From Psilocybe cubensis (taxonomy: Eukaryota), in contig CM038998.1 of NCBI GenBank assembly GCA_017499595.2, positions 2,108,001 to 2,172,000 on the forward strand: DNA of 64,000 nt, written 5' to 3'. The translations under genes and the position numbers were made by a program. Below, one piece after another: positions 24,643 to 37,359 of this stretch (position 1 is the first letter of the stretch; every line of letters starts with the position of its first letter). A model generated the notes under the pieces. It did not search any database. It was given only the letters and a program-made list of their open reading frames with translations, and was not told where the DNA came from.

Positions 24643-27197
24643 ATGTACAGGTCTCCCACTTCTCAAGATACCCATCATGACCACCTTCGCGACCTTCTTG
24701 ACCAGCGCTCTGCACGCGCGGACATCCAGGGTCGCTTTTCCAGTGCTGATTCGGAGTACACAGATACACCCTCCGTCTACAGTCGCACCAATTTCTCCCC
24801 TCGGGTACTAGACCATGGCGGCCAGGATCTGTATCGCGACCAATGCGATGGCCCAGAGCCAATCTCGCCGTATTTGTCCCGGTCTAAAGGCGCACATAAT
24901 CGGGTCCAAGGCCAACCCACTAGCATGCTCGGTCTCGTCGAAGATAGTCGCTTTTCATCCGCTCTATCGGGGAAAAATGATGACGAACAACCTTATGCTG
25001 GTGAAGAGGACGAAGTCGAAACAGATACTCGAATGAGCTATCTTGGGCCGAAGATGCGCTTTCATTCCCGCGCGCCTTGGGAGATGGAAGGAGACACGCT
25101 CGAAGAAGAGGACGATCTGGACCAGCCTTCCCGCCATTTCCAACAGGGCCATTTGTTTGGTCGCTCCTCTGGGTCCAAGTTTGACTCTTCCCGTTCCTCT
25201 AGTCCGAGGCCAAGTTTCAATAGCCGTCCTAGCGGTGAATCCTTATATTCCCAGATTCCACCCAAACGATCGTTTGAAACTATTAACTCCCAAATGTCAT
25301 ACCCTAGAGGCGCATTGTAGTACGCTTCTTTAATGCTCTATTTGATTTCTATCCCTGACGTATCTTGATCGGTTTCAGCGCGTTAGCCCAGGAAAGTCTG
25401 TCGACTAATTCTCTTACTCGACCTGCTCTTCCAACAAAGGAAAATAAAGACACAGTCCGTAACAAATTCTCCTTTGGAAGGCTCAAACCGGATCCTCCTG
25501 CAGTCTCCTTGCCCCAATCCCCGATCCGTGGTCGATTTCCTACATCTCCCGGAGCTCATGAACAACCATCTTTCAAATTTGAATCACACACTCGTTCCAA
25601 TAACACATATTATGCCAACAAGAGTTTTGCTAACTCTACTCAAGAATCAATGCATCCATACGCCAATCCCGATCTCGTTGTATCATATGCTGATGACGAT
25701 ACAGAAAATTTTACCTCCCAAAGTGTACAACATCCTAGAAACGATTCTAGTATCACCATTATGGAATCTTCGTCGACTGATTCCATGATCAAGTCTAGTT
25801 CACGCGCAACCTTGACTCCCGACACATCAGTCAATTCAATAAGTTCGAAGCATCGCGCTTCTTCTATTCTGACGAAAACTATCTCCTCTCCTGTACCTGT
25901 TTTAGGTTCATCTCAACGAGTTGATTCGGTGGTGTCTGACACAAACAGTATCTTTTCCCTACAACCATCTGTAAATAACCTTCCAGGTTGGACAGAGCGT
26001 AATACTCCGCCCACGTTCTCCCTTATCTCTCTGGAGGAAGCCAGAGCACAGCGCACGCGAAGTTCTACTGTCACTGTACCGACAAAAGTCTCATCTTTGA
26101 CTGGCGTGGTAGAATCTTCGACGTCATTCCCATATGGAGATATAGAAAGTGCGACTAACGATTCCACCCCATTATCCCGGACACGAGCTCGTTCTATAAG
26201 TGCTGGTGCTAAAGCCAAGAATGCAATCCAGGGTTCTTCCAAGCCACAGCGACGTGATTCAGCGTCTTCCAGCGCCCATCAGATCCCCGCTGCAGCAACC
26301 GGTACGCCAGGAACTAAAGGTTTGAAACATAAGAAAAGTGGCTTTATGCGTCTCTTCAACGGTGGAAAGTCCCTTGAAAAAGAAGAGCAGAACAGTCCTC
26401 CACCTGTGCCATCGTTACCTGAAACCGTTGTTCCTCCCCAGCTTGTCCAGAGGACCCCAAAAAATGTTCTTCATCGCATTCCAGTACCTAGCCTTCCACC
26501 AACTTCGACTGCTTTTGAAAACTCTTTTTCGGAGCCAAGTGAGAGGGATTCATTGAAGCTGAATCTTAGCCCCAAGCGCACCCCCCCTCCTTCCCTCTCT
26601 ATTAATACAATCTCTCAAGGGGTCACCTCTAGGTCGTCAACCTCTGATCTTCTTCCATTCCAACGGCCGTTTTTAAACGAACAACCCCAGAGTGCACCAG
26701 CCCATGTTTCTGAGTTCCCAGCATTGAGATTACGTCCTGTTTCAACTTTATTCAGTGACCACTTCAAAGACCATATCGTCACTGGGGATTCGAGGTCGTC
26801 TGACGAAACAACGGATTTGGACACGCCTAGATCTCCGAGCCCCGGTGGCTTGATGTCGCCTGTAACGCCTGCCTCTGCTTTGAATAGCAATAACGATAAA
26901 AATCAAGCGTCTTTGCTCTCTTCTGAAGAAGATTCAAAGCTGAGGGCCCTTCAGGAGGAATTTGATTCATCGAAACAGGCGTGGCAACGTCATATCTGGG
27001 AGTTGGAGGGACAAGTCCGCGATTTGAAATTGGAGCTAGCAGAGAGCAAGACAAAAAATACTGGGGAATATTGTCATTCTTGTGGAAGAGGCGTCAGAAA
27101 GGAGTTTGTCACCCCTACTTCCACGGCAGGCAGTATTCTCAATAGACCCAGAGCACGTACGGGGGTATCCTCTCGATTCGGCAATGCATTACCTTGA
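24643..27197 (+). CDS. Ser/Pro-rich low-complexity hypothetical protein with C-terminal coiled-coil and CxxC
   Basis: Two long ORFs joined by an intron at about 25320-25378. Short conserved-looking islands: GPKMRFHSRAPWE, HPYANPDL, FSLISLEEA, WQRHIWELEGQV, YCHSCGRG. Confidence 0.8.
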
Positions 27198-27519
27198 CAA
27201 ATGAGCAACCATTAGGTTACTCGCAGTTTCTGGCTTGTTACCCGGGCAGGAATTGTATCATTATTAACGTTGGTTTATTTCCTATATATCCCGGCCTCTA
27301 AACTTCCCGGCTTACTATTCTAAACAGCAATGTTTTACTATCCTTTATTCTTGTTGTACTGGCCTTTTATCATTCCTAATTTGATACCTCTATTTTTCTA
27401 TAAGTAGGCGCTGGAAAAAGGTGTTCGTATGTCACTCGTTTGATTTCAATTTTTGATTTGTTTGTTTTATGAGTTAGTTCTTTGACTATATAATATCATT
27501 ATACCTGTTTATCTGTTTG

Positions 27520-30500
27520 CTAGATACCCTCATCGGCACCAATTAGCCATCCAATGCCCTTTGACAATACCCTTGAAGCCTGACTTGAGACATCCTCTCC
27601 ATCGGTCCTTCGAGAGCTTTCACTTCGCGGTGACCCTCTTCCATCAGTATCTGATACTTGAGATCGAGCGCGATGTCCAACCCCAAAAGGAAAATTGGCG
27701 GCCACAGATTTAAAAGTCCTGCTAGCCAGGGCAGCTGCATCAGGAGTACTCAACAATGGAGGCGAGGGCACGTGGAAATCTTGGAGTCTAGCGCGTAAAG
27801 AAGATGCTACATTGCCAGGTACATTGTCCGTTTTACGGGAATTTAGAACCGTGTCCCCAGTGCGCCTTCGTTGAAGTTTTGCTTCATGGGCCTGACTATT
27901 TTCTCTTTCCAATTTGCGCCAGGCGGACAAAACTTCGTTTATTTGATCGGGAGGGCATAGTTCCAAAGCATACCCCAGCAATGTCATTTTCTTGGGAAGG
28001 TCATCGTATTCTTGCTGACGACCAAGTTGGTAACAGGCGATCCAACAAACTTCCGATGCTTCTTTCACTCGGTCGTCGTCTGAACCCATTGTAGTCATGT
28101 GTCGAAGCTCCGTGACCGTGCGCACCATACGTTCATTGTTCTCATAAGCACGAGTAAAGTCTTCTGCTTGAAGAGCAGTATCCGCTAGCATAGCTAATAC
28201 TTTGACTTCTGCAACTGAGTCACCTGCGTAACCCAGTTTATTAGATAGCTCCAGAATAACTTGCGCATGCTTGTATGCATCGGCATTGCTGGAAATAACA
28301 CGAGAAACAAGGTTAAGTCTATCCTTTGTGAGGCGAATTTCCAGGGGTGTTATCGTAAGACCATGTTTGGAAGGGACGTTGAAGGAACAAATGCGGGAAG
28401 TAGCCTCAATAAAATCTTTTTCTTTGACGATAGTATCCGATGAATGAGGTACTTCCAGGCTAAGAATATATCAGACGATAACATTTTGGTGCATCTTTGA
28501 GAAATCTACGTACCAATCATACGCAAGTTTCATATCTCCTACCTTATAGTTGCCAGAATTTGCATTATCATAAAACTCGCGAGAGCACGAAAGACAAACG
28601 GATTCAATCGTCTCGGCGTTGAGCGTTAGTTTATGATGCGGGCCGTATAACATCCGTTTGGCAATCTCGAAGTCTAAAAAAATACAATTTAGCGAAATGG
28701 CAGAAAATCAGAGTGGCCGTCCTTACTGCCTGTGCTAAGCAATCCAGTGAGAAATATACTCTGCATTTCATCGATAGATAACAAACAGAATGCGCCTCTC
28801 GAGTTTGGATCGCCTCCACCTGTAAGTTTTTCCATATCTCCTAATAGCCATTCCCAATCTTCAATTCCGCTGAGTTTGTCGTATTTACCTCCTGCGCGCC
28901 TTGCCATTCTGTTAGCCCATGCCCTCTGCTCTTTGATATCTCCGCTGCTCTGAAGAAACCATCGGAGAGGAGCAGGAACACTCCACCGAGATAAAATTTC
29001 TCCCGACTCGAGGTGAACATCAAGGATATCCAGAGCCCTGGACAACGAGGTGAACGGCAAGGGTTGGAAGAATAGAAGTAAATCGCTTGCTGAGCACGGT
29101 GGTTGATTGGTGCTTGGAGTAACAAATGCCCCTAAAGATGCCACTGTTGTGTCTGCAGCCTCCTCGTCGCTGTTTACATCTCTGGAAACGTCCCACACAG
29201 GCAAGCATTCAAATATACTGCTCATTATGGACCATTCAGTGAGACTGTCGCTCGCGTACAGAAGCGCAAGCGCAAGACGAGCCATGTCTTCGTCATCTTT
29301 GATAATTCTTTGAGAAGTGGGAAGTGTAGGCTTCGATGCGTTGAATATAGCCGCAGCAAGTTCAAGGGATGTTGATAAGACATATTGATGAAGAATGCGA
29401 GTCGGAAGGGAAGGATCTGGTATGCCAGCACGTTCTGCCCTAGCTTCCAGGACGAAAAGATATGGCATAACCAGCCTAGAAATGTCGTAAGCGATGGTTT
29501 CTGAAGTCGAGTTGGCCAGATAAGCACGAACGACAGCGAGTGCATCCATGGAGTACCATTGATCAAGGGTCCAGTCACTATCAATATTGGGTCCTTGGGG
29601 TGCGTCATAGACGAGTCGCGAAAGAAGACTGAGTTCTTCTCCAAGTTCGTCAAGTTGGGGAATGCCTTGTGATGCGCCGTGTTGAACCATGGCTAAAGCT
29701 AAATCAATGGCGCCGGTTGACTTTATCACAATGTTAACACGATTCTTATACCAATTAGAAAGTTCTTCTGCAGTAAGGGGTCCCGCGATTCCGCTAAACG
29801 AGACTTCTTCGTTAATCTGGTTTGTAGGTAACGAAGAAATCTGAATCTGAATGGCTTCCTGGACATCAGGTAGTTCCGATATATCTCGAGTCTTTCTCCA
29901 GCTATATTCCTGCCATACTGCTTCTCTGTACATGGATGCATCTAGCGACGGCAGTATACTGCGACATGTTGACGGATGGATGTGTTCTGGAATGCAATCG
30001 AGTATCTTGAAACGACAAGGCCAAAGAGCCGTTCCATGCTTCTCACAAAGAACTCTGAGAGCATCAATTGCTTCCAGGGAGGCTAACTGGCAAGCAGACC
30101 ATAGAAGGTCATTTTGAAGGAAGTCAGCCAAGCACAAGGGAGGTGGTCCAACAGAATTTGGTAGTGGTGTGGGTTTGCTAGTGGGACCAGGATTTTCATC
30201 TGCCCAAGGGTCGTCTTCCCATTCAGCGTCCGTTTCTTCAACTTGTGTTTGCACACCTCTGGGAAACTGCGCCTCCATTTCGACATAGGTGTTAAGTCTG
30301 TCGAGTCGTTGAAGGAGGATTTGTCGGAAATGGCAAAGAAGTGCATCGGTAGGCGAGGATTTGAAGTGAAGGTGCATTGCTTCGAGACTTCCGTTAGGGG
30401 ACAATGGTTGCGGCGGTGACGCCTGTGCAATTATGTCGTTACATCTTGCGACAACCCGTTCTGTGCGCGATATGCCGAGGGTTAGTAGAGCGCGTTGAGT

Positions 30501-30644
30501 AGGCGTGTCATTCAATAAACGGTCTACGCATGCTGAAACAACCCATAGATCATCATGAATACGGCCGAGAATATTGTCGACATTCTCGGCAGTAAGTTGG
30601 TCATTGTTGAGGGCAGTCCATGAAGTCGTTGAAGGAAAAAGCAT
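27520..30644 (-). CDS. SEC39: Sec39 (Dsl1 tethering complex; NBAS-like)
   Basis: 651-aa first exon (LDRLNTY, LDVHLESGEILSRW), SREFYDNANSGN...GDMKLAYDC, AMLADTALQAEDF, CWIACYQLG. Confidence 0.85.
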
Positions 30645-30870
30645 GTCGTTGCTGGTTAGGGTTCATAATGCTCAAGAACACGACAACGCCCAGTGTATCA
30701 TCATTCCCATATTTGGAAAGTCTACTAAAGTTACAGCACCATGTGTCCTGCACGCGATTTTTTGGCGGTCTACCACAGTTGAGCACTTCCGACTGGGTAA
30801 AAGTAAATGTACAGTGATATAAAAGTGTCCATCTAAGTCTAACCCTCAAGATAGGTATGAAAAACGAAAA

Positions 30871-31677
30871 TCAAAATAGTGTATCCTAGTCATGTTAGAC
30901 CGTCATTACTCGCGTTTCAACGAGTGAAAACTCATACCTCGTCGCGTAAGTATTCTCCAACATCACTGAAAAGCCATCAGTAAGCTGAAAGTGCTACATT
31001 AGTCAGAAAACATACGCTTGATGGAATACAATAATCGCAGTGGGATCCAGTTTGCGTGTGTCCACTGTCGATCGGGCTGTTACTCCAAATCCCTTCAGGT
31101 ATAATAATGATCGGTAAATACGATTCGCAACCAAGCGAAGTCGACGTACTAATGGTATATCTTTCATACTGTAGACAACGACACCTTGGTGCTCTGGTGT
31201 GTCCTCCGTAATTTTTCCCAGATGCGCCTTCACTACATGGTTTCCGTAAAGGAAAGGCATCTCTCCGTTAGGCTTGATCCAGATCTGAAAGCACCTTGAT
31301 TAATTGCTCGGAAATTTTCAGTAATAATTCTTACCTTGTATTTGGCATACTGGGCAACATAATCTAGAGAAGTAATGTGCAACTTAAACTTGCCACTTTT
31401 GCTGAACTTGCCGAAGCAGGTTCCAAGGCTAACAAGGTTAGGTCTCGCAACAGAGATTCCAAGACGCATTGATGACTCAGAGACGTAGTAAACACGGTCT
31501 CTGTGTAATCTGAAGCAGTACGGTTCGTCGGGGCGGTCAATGAGATGAACAAGATTTTTGCCCTGGTAGTCAATTTGTATGAGTGATGTAGCAAAGAAGG
31601 ATGACAGAAAAACAAACTATGTAGTTAGCAAGTTTGGTGAAAACCGCCTTGGATTCTTCTTCTGTGAGGGGCCGCAT
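30871..31677 (-). CDS. NIP7: 60S ribosome biogenesis protein Nip7
   Basis: [23 protein letters not shown]...[20 protein letters not shown]...[21 protein letters not shown]...[18 protein letters not shown]. Confidence 0.95.
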
Positions 31678-32380
31678 ATTGGTGACAATGTTCTCTCAAC
31701 CTCAAAAAAAGAAATGCTAAGGACCGTGTCAGATTACGTAATGATGTACGTGACCATGTCCTTCGGTCCGTTGCGGGGTCATAACCTCCGCGAATGCCCT
31801 CAATACGCAGAGGCACGATAAGAATTACAGAAAGTCTCGAAATACATATTCCTACCGGACATACTAGGGACCGTCCCTGGCATAAAAGCAGATAAAAGCA
31901 CTATCATCCTTTCTAGCAACCTCCGGAGCGTACACTCGCACTGGTACCCGATCCACCCCTCCCAAACCTCCGATGAATCAGACCCTGACCTATGACCCGA
32001 ATGACAAACAACCACACGCTACACTCCTCTCCATTCCAACAACTTCTCGATGCACTTCCTATTCTACAGAGCAGATTTTTTTATAATAGTCTCCCTTTCA
32101 CCTATATTCCTTTCTATCTAATATTTTCTCTATTCTCCTTATAAAAACGCCACACAAACCATTAATAATGCAAACATACACCTACAGCTGATCCTCTAGA
32201 TAGACAAATCCTGATACTTAGTGCATAGTAGATACCCTAGCGTAGAAAGGTGAGGAACGCTCACCCGTGCGTCTTAGCACATAGATTGCTTGCTGCACGA
32301 TAATAAATAGATTACAAAAAAAACGTTACAAAGCTTAGAATAGCGATAGTAACTAGTAAGTGAACAATATAAAAGTCAGA

Positions 32381-33243
32381 CTACTTATTGCCGACTGGTT
32401 GGTTTTCGTACTGCGGTTTCTCTGCCTGTGGCTGTGATCGTGCTACAGATTCTTTCATCGTGGAGGATGAGAGGAGATTATAGGCGGGTCCCCAAAAGTC
32501 GAACCGTTCTTTGGTCTCTCCCGTGGGGTTCAAAATACCTGACCACCCTTCTCTGCGAAGGAGAATGGCAAGACGGAAGAAAAAATATGAAAATAGTCCA
32601 AACGCCGTGATGATTGCGGTGACACATAATATCACCAGAAGAACAAATGCAAGGGCAATACCTGGAATATCAGATGTAAGATAACCGGTCCTAGCAAGTT
32701 TCAACGTTCAACGAAACATACATAAGCCAAATATTATCGCTGCTGCGGCCAGGAGTGCTCCACCCAATGCAAACATGATAAATGAAGTGATTATGAAAAG
32801 AGAAACACCGCTGTGTGGATATTAAGTGTCGCGTTATCCCTGACAAACATGCCATCGTACACAAAAGATATCACAGGACCAAAGCTAAGTGTTGAGAATA
32901 TAGCAAGGAATGTCTGTGGCAGCTGCGCGTAAGTCAAGATTCACATTGAGAAACGTCAGACTAACTGCTGAGATTGGGCGCTCAACCCAGAATGTGCGAG
33001 CAACCTGCATCATAGGCTTCACATAATCTTGCTCCAGTCTATCCGCCACCACGGTAAGTTTGCCGTTTCGCAGTGTATGGGTTTGAAGTTCAAGGTTTTC
33101 AGGACTCAATAATTCAAATTCACTGACCGCTTTGAATAATTCCTAACCAATGAAACTGTGTTATCAAACTGCGAGGATAGTTCCTCTTGATCCTTGGAGT
33201 CCTCGGCATAATGAGAAGATTTATTGTGTACGGCGGTGTCCAT
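32381..33243 (-). CDS. Promethin/LDAF1-like hydrophobic hairpin protein
   Basis: Spliced ...FWVERPISA|TFLAIFSTLSFGPVISFV|GVSLFIITSFIMFALGGALLAAAIIFGL|...GIALAFVLLVIL...FFFRLA. A long uninterrupted hydrophobic stretch preceded by a RP...F motif, as in fungal promethin-family proteins. Confidence 0.62.
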
Positions 33244-33500
33244 TTAGAGGGCAGAATGAACAAATATTGGCAGCGAAAATATTGCGGGGGAAGTAATTTG
33301 TCAATAACGATTCGCGGGGGACCCCAACCTTGACGTCACTAATTATAAAATATAATTTATTCTAATTGTGATTGGTCGTCTAAGATCACGTGATCAACAG
33401 GCAAGCACACACTTCCACCTTAGAAGAATATAACGTGCTGTGGTCAAAAGCGTACTCTTATGATAATTCTGCATTGAGCCGTGGACAAATAACATCGATC

Positions 33501-36500
33501 ATGTCTGCTCCCTCTTTTTCATCCTTTCCGCCATCTTTCTCATCTTTCCCCGACCTGGAATCAGGACCCAGCGACAACTTGTCGTCAGAATCTAAAAAGG
33601 CCGGTAAAGAGAAGACAAAAAAGAAGCATCATGATGAACCTAGGAAATCACGGCGAACTTCAAAAGAAAGAGAAACAAAGCATGATAGTGGGCATCGCAA
33701 GTCAAGACCAACCAAAGAGCATACATGTGAAGATTCCGCTCATACTGATTCAAAGGGTACAGAACCATCAAAAGCCAAAGTTCTATTTTACTCTGACTAC
33801 AAGGGGGATATCTTAAATGTCCAGTATGGTGGACCACACAGCGGAGACATTCCGAAATACCGAATGGTCTCTGGTATGTTGTGCAGTTCTTTTGGACTTG
33901 ACAACTAATAATAATGTAGGCGGAAGAAATGTACTCGGTCTCCCTGAGAGCTTGATCGTCCTTCGACGGAGAGGAAGAGGGGCAGAGGTAGGCTTACGCA
34001 CTCTACAAAAAGTCAGTAAGTTTTGAGGCCATACCGCATTGATATGTCTGAACTTTTACCAGACAGCAAGTCTAAGCACCTCAGCCTCTCGAATTTTACT
34101 ATCAAAACCTCCTTCCAGACGTCTCGTACCGTCTTCCCGACGAGATACATACCAAGAGGTCGATGGCGTAATCACTTTTTCTTCTCGAAAAACACCAACT
34201 GGCGCCGACCCTTCATATAAATCAATACCGAAAAACGACGTGGAGAGCTCAGAGAATTCATCGTCATCCGAAAGCGAAGATGATCTCAGCTCCGAGGAAG
34301 ATAGTGATACCCCTACACTAACCGCGCATCAGGAAACTCTAAAGGCACTCCAACAAGAAGTTGAGGCCCAACCTGATGCAGGTGATAAATGGCTCTCTTT
34401 GTTAAACCAAACTGTGTCAACGATACCCATTACTTCTAAAAATGCAACAAAAGCACGGTCTGAAATTTCTGTATCCATTCTCGCGCGCGCCATATCAGCT
34501 TCACCGCAGAATATCCGAAACAGAAGCTTACGATTGAGCTATCTGAGGGCTGGAGAAGAAGTCTGGCACGAGACCAAGGTTAAGGCAGAATGGGAAGAGG
34601 CGTTGAAGGTGGAAGATACTGAACTTCAGGTTGAATGGTTGGAATGGAAAATTCGTACAGGAAATGGCGGTATTGATGGTGTTGTTGACGCTGCTGTACG
34701 AGTCTTGGATGGAATAGGTTCAAAATCTGAAATCGCAAAGGTTCGGGTATTGTACCGCGTTGCAGTGGTCATTAGAAGCGCAGGTTTGTCGCCCGTGTCT
34801 AACATGTTTTCATTGCCTCACCTGTCATTTAGGGTATACTGAACGAGCCTTTGCAATGTTTCAAGCTCAGGCAGAATTGTGCGTGATGCACCCTATTTTT
34901 CTGACATGCATTTTGAAAGTCATCAATTTATAGAAGTTTCAACTTGCCTCCTGCTCTTGCTAAGTTGCCATTCCAAACGCAGCTCACTGAACTAGAGGAG
35001 TTCTGGGAGTCCGAATATCCCCGTATTGGAGAACCTGGTGCCAAAGGGTGGAATTCATGGTACTCATCTAAGCCAGACGAACGTTTTCAAACTGTTTCTT
35101 CCCAAGTCAAGCCTCAAAATGTTGCAGACTTGGATATGTATCGTCAATGGGCGAAACAGGAAATCCTCTTTGATCGCTCATCGTTCCTTCCTCAGAGGTC
35201 GGACTCCAATTCTACAGATCCTTATTCAATGGTGCTATTCAGTGATGTGCGTCCTATTCTATTGGACCTGAAAACCCGTGATGCGAAGCATGCGTTTCGT
35301 ATGGCCTGGTTATCTTTCTGTGGACTCAACCTTCCAGGGTTTCATCTATCAGATACAGATGAAGGGAATTGGGATGATCGATGGAACCTGCACTATTTGA
35401 CGACTCCGCAAAATTTGGAGCGCATTTTCCCTCCGAATGAGGATCGCCGCATTGTTTTAAATGATGCAGTAGCGGGGGTGGTGATAGGCAGAGAAAGATT
35501 CTACAATTCCCCTTTCGGTCCCATTCGGTGTTGGGGGAAAGAGGTTTCTCGGCCTCTTGATCTAGCATCTTCAGAGCCTGGAAAGGTTTTGAAAAGGGGT
35601 ATTTGGTCAACCGAGGATATATCACATCTTGATGAGGAGTTTGTGCGGCGTCTATTTGCTGGAATGAGGGTACTCAAAGATGACCTTGAGTGGGACCTTT
35701 TGGCACTGGCATTCGAATTATCCATAAACCCTAAATCGTAGGTCATATTCGTTTGTTTTCTATGACCTAGGGGTTGACGTTTGCACAGTGCAACCAAGTT
35801 ATCTAAATTCTTTCTTTCCACCAATCAAGATTCGTTGGGCTTGTGGGGAGCACATTGCCAGCTTGAAAGATTACGTGGCCGGATTGATGATGCGCGGAAA
35901 GTCTATCAAACTGTGCTCGTCGCATCGAAGCTCAATAACATGAGAAAGGAGGCCAGCCAATTGTGGTGGAACTGGGCAGAAATGGAATGGCTATCGAACA
36001 ATAACCAGCAAGCTCTGGAGGTTATTCTCCGATCAGTAGGTCTGGAAGGTTCCTCAACCCGTATCACGATCTTGCGCGCCAAACGATCCTTGGAGGAGTT
36101 AGCAGAAGCAACCAGGCAAACAAACGGTTGGAAAGACCAGGAAGCTTGGATCGAGTTGCGTGCGTTGGTGGAAATTATTGAGGGACATGATCCGAGAGCC
36201 GCGATTTCGGTCTTTGACAAATACCTCTCGTCCGAGACCGACAAAAGTAGCGCGGAAAGTCTAATGACAGCATCACTGGTCATGGTCTACAGCTATGGGG
36301 TAATCCTAAGGAACACGATGCCTCCAGCTGTTCTGAGAGAGCGTGCACATCAAGCATTCCAGCAATATCCCAGCAATTCCATTATTTTGGGTATCCTTCT
36401 TGCAGCAGAAAAGGGCCAAGGTGTGTGGGGACGCGTAAGAAGTATGCTGGGAGGAAACGATGGCAAGGTAAAGGATGTTGCGCGCAGAGCCGAAGAAGTA

Positions 36501-37035
36501 TGGATGGCTGGGTGGGAACGTGGAAGGTGGATGAGTGAAGTGGAGCGCACTAGAAATGGTCTCGCGGCAGCTGTGGAACACGAACGGTGAGTACAACAGT
36601 AGAAACAAATGCTTTGGTTCTGAATAATACATCAAGGACGAGATACAGCGCAATTATATGGAGGATCTATATTGAATTTGAGATACGAGTCCACGAACTG
36701 CAAAGAGCAAAGAAACTGTTGTTCAGGGCAATAGGAGAGTGCCCTCTAGTGAAAGGCGAGTACAAAGGCGATGGTGTGAGTAGTACGATGCACTGACGAG
36801 ACATGCAGAATTGTATCTGTTGGCATTTGGCCCGCTGCGCAGCGTGTTTGATCGGCACGAGCTCAACGGCCTTGGAGATGCAATGGCAGAGAGGGGGATT
36901 CGCCTGCACCAAGGATTAGAGGAAGCCCTGGAGGGAGTTGATATGGAGGAGGCACCGCAGACATCGAGCGATGAGGATATGGAGGATGAGATAGAATACA
37001 ATGCTCACGAACTACGGCGGCTGAAGCCCTATTAA
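33501..37035 (+). CDS. NRDE2: NRDE-2 family protein (HAT repeats, RNA silencing/splicing)
   Basis: MSAPSFSSFPP start, FYSDYKGDILNVQYG, GYTERAFAMFQAQAE, EEFWESEYPRIGE, DPYSMVLFSD, IWRIYIEFE...AKKLLFRAIGECPLVKELY. Confidence 0.9.
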
Positions 37036-37359
37036 TTAAATTAGTATATAGGGGTATGTGTGACGAGTGACAAAGTAGCGTGACAGGATAGTTTGTACGC
37101 TCTGTTTGTGTCTCCTTTCTGTACTCGAATTTGTGTCACCAGCGCCTGAACAAGGCTTGGTTCGTTATTCTTCTCCTGTATTTCTCCGTAATCGACTGTC
37201 ATTCTCCTTTCCTTGCCATTCAAACCTCATTTTTTTCAGTATTCCGCTCTTTACCTCAACTTTCAACGCTGCACCCCACGTTCTACAACTTGCAGCCAGT
37301 ATTACCAACAACTTGCTTTCTCCCAGCAACATTATCTAAAGACTAGCCCTATAAGCATC

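Noticed and set aside
30838..30848. CTAACCCT as a possible telomerase RNA template or telomeric seed
   Set aside because: Single 8-mer in a short intergenic gap with no supporting structure; expected by chance.
32245..32285. Helitron-like 3' hairpin (CCCGTGCG...GCAC)
   Set aside because: Incomplete stem and no correctly spaced CTAG terminus; kept only as part of the unexplained-region finding.
37213..37359. ORF-track N-terminal extensions from TTG/GTG starts (also 33390, 46988, 1282)
   Set aside because: Non-ATG starts from a prokaryote-style caller; downstream ATGs give the family-typical N-termini.
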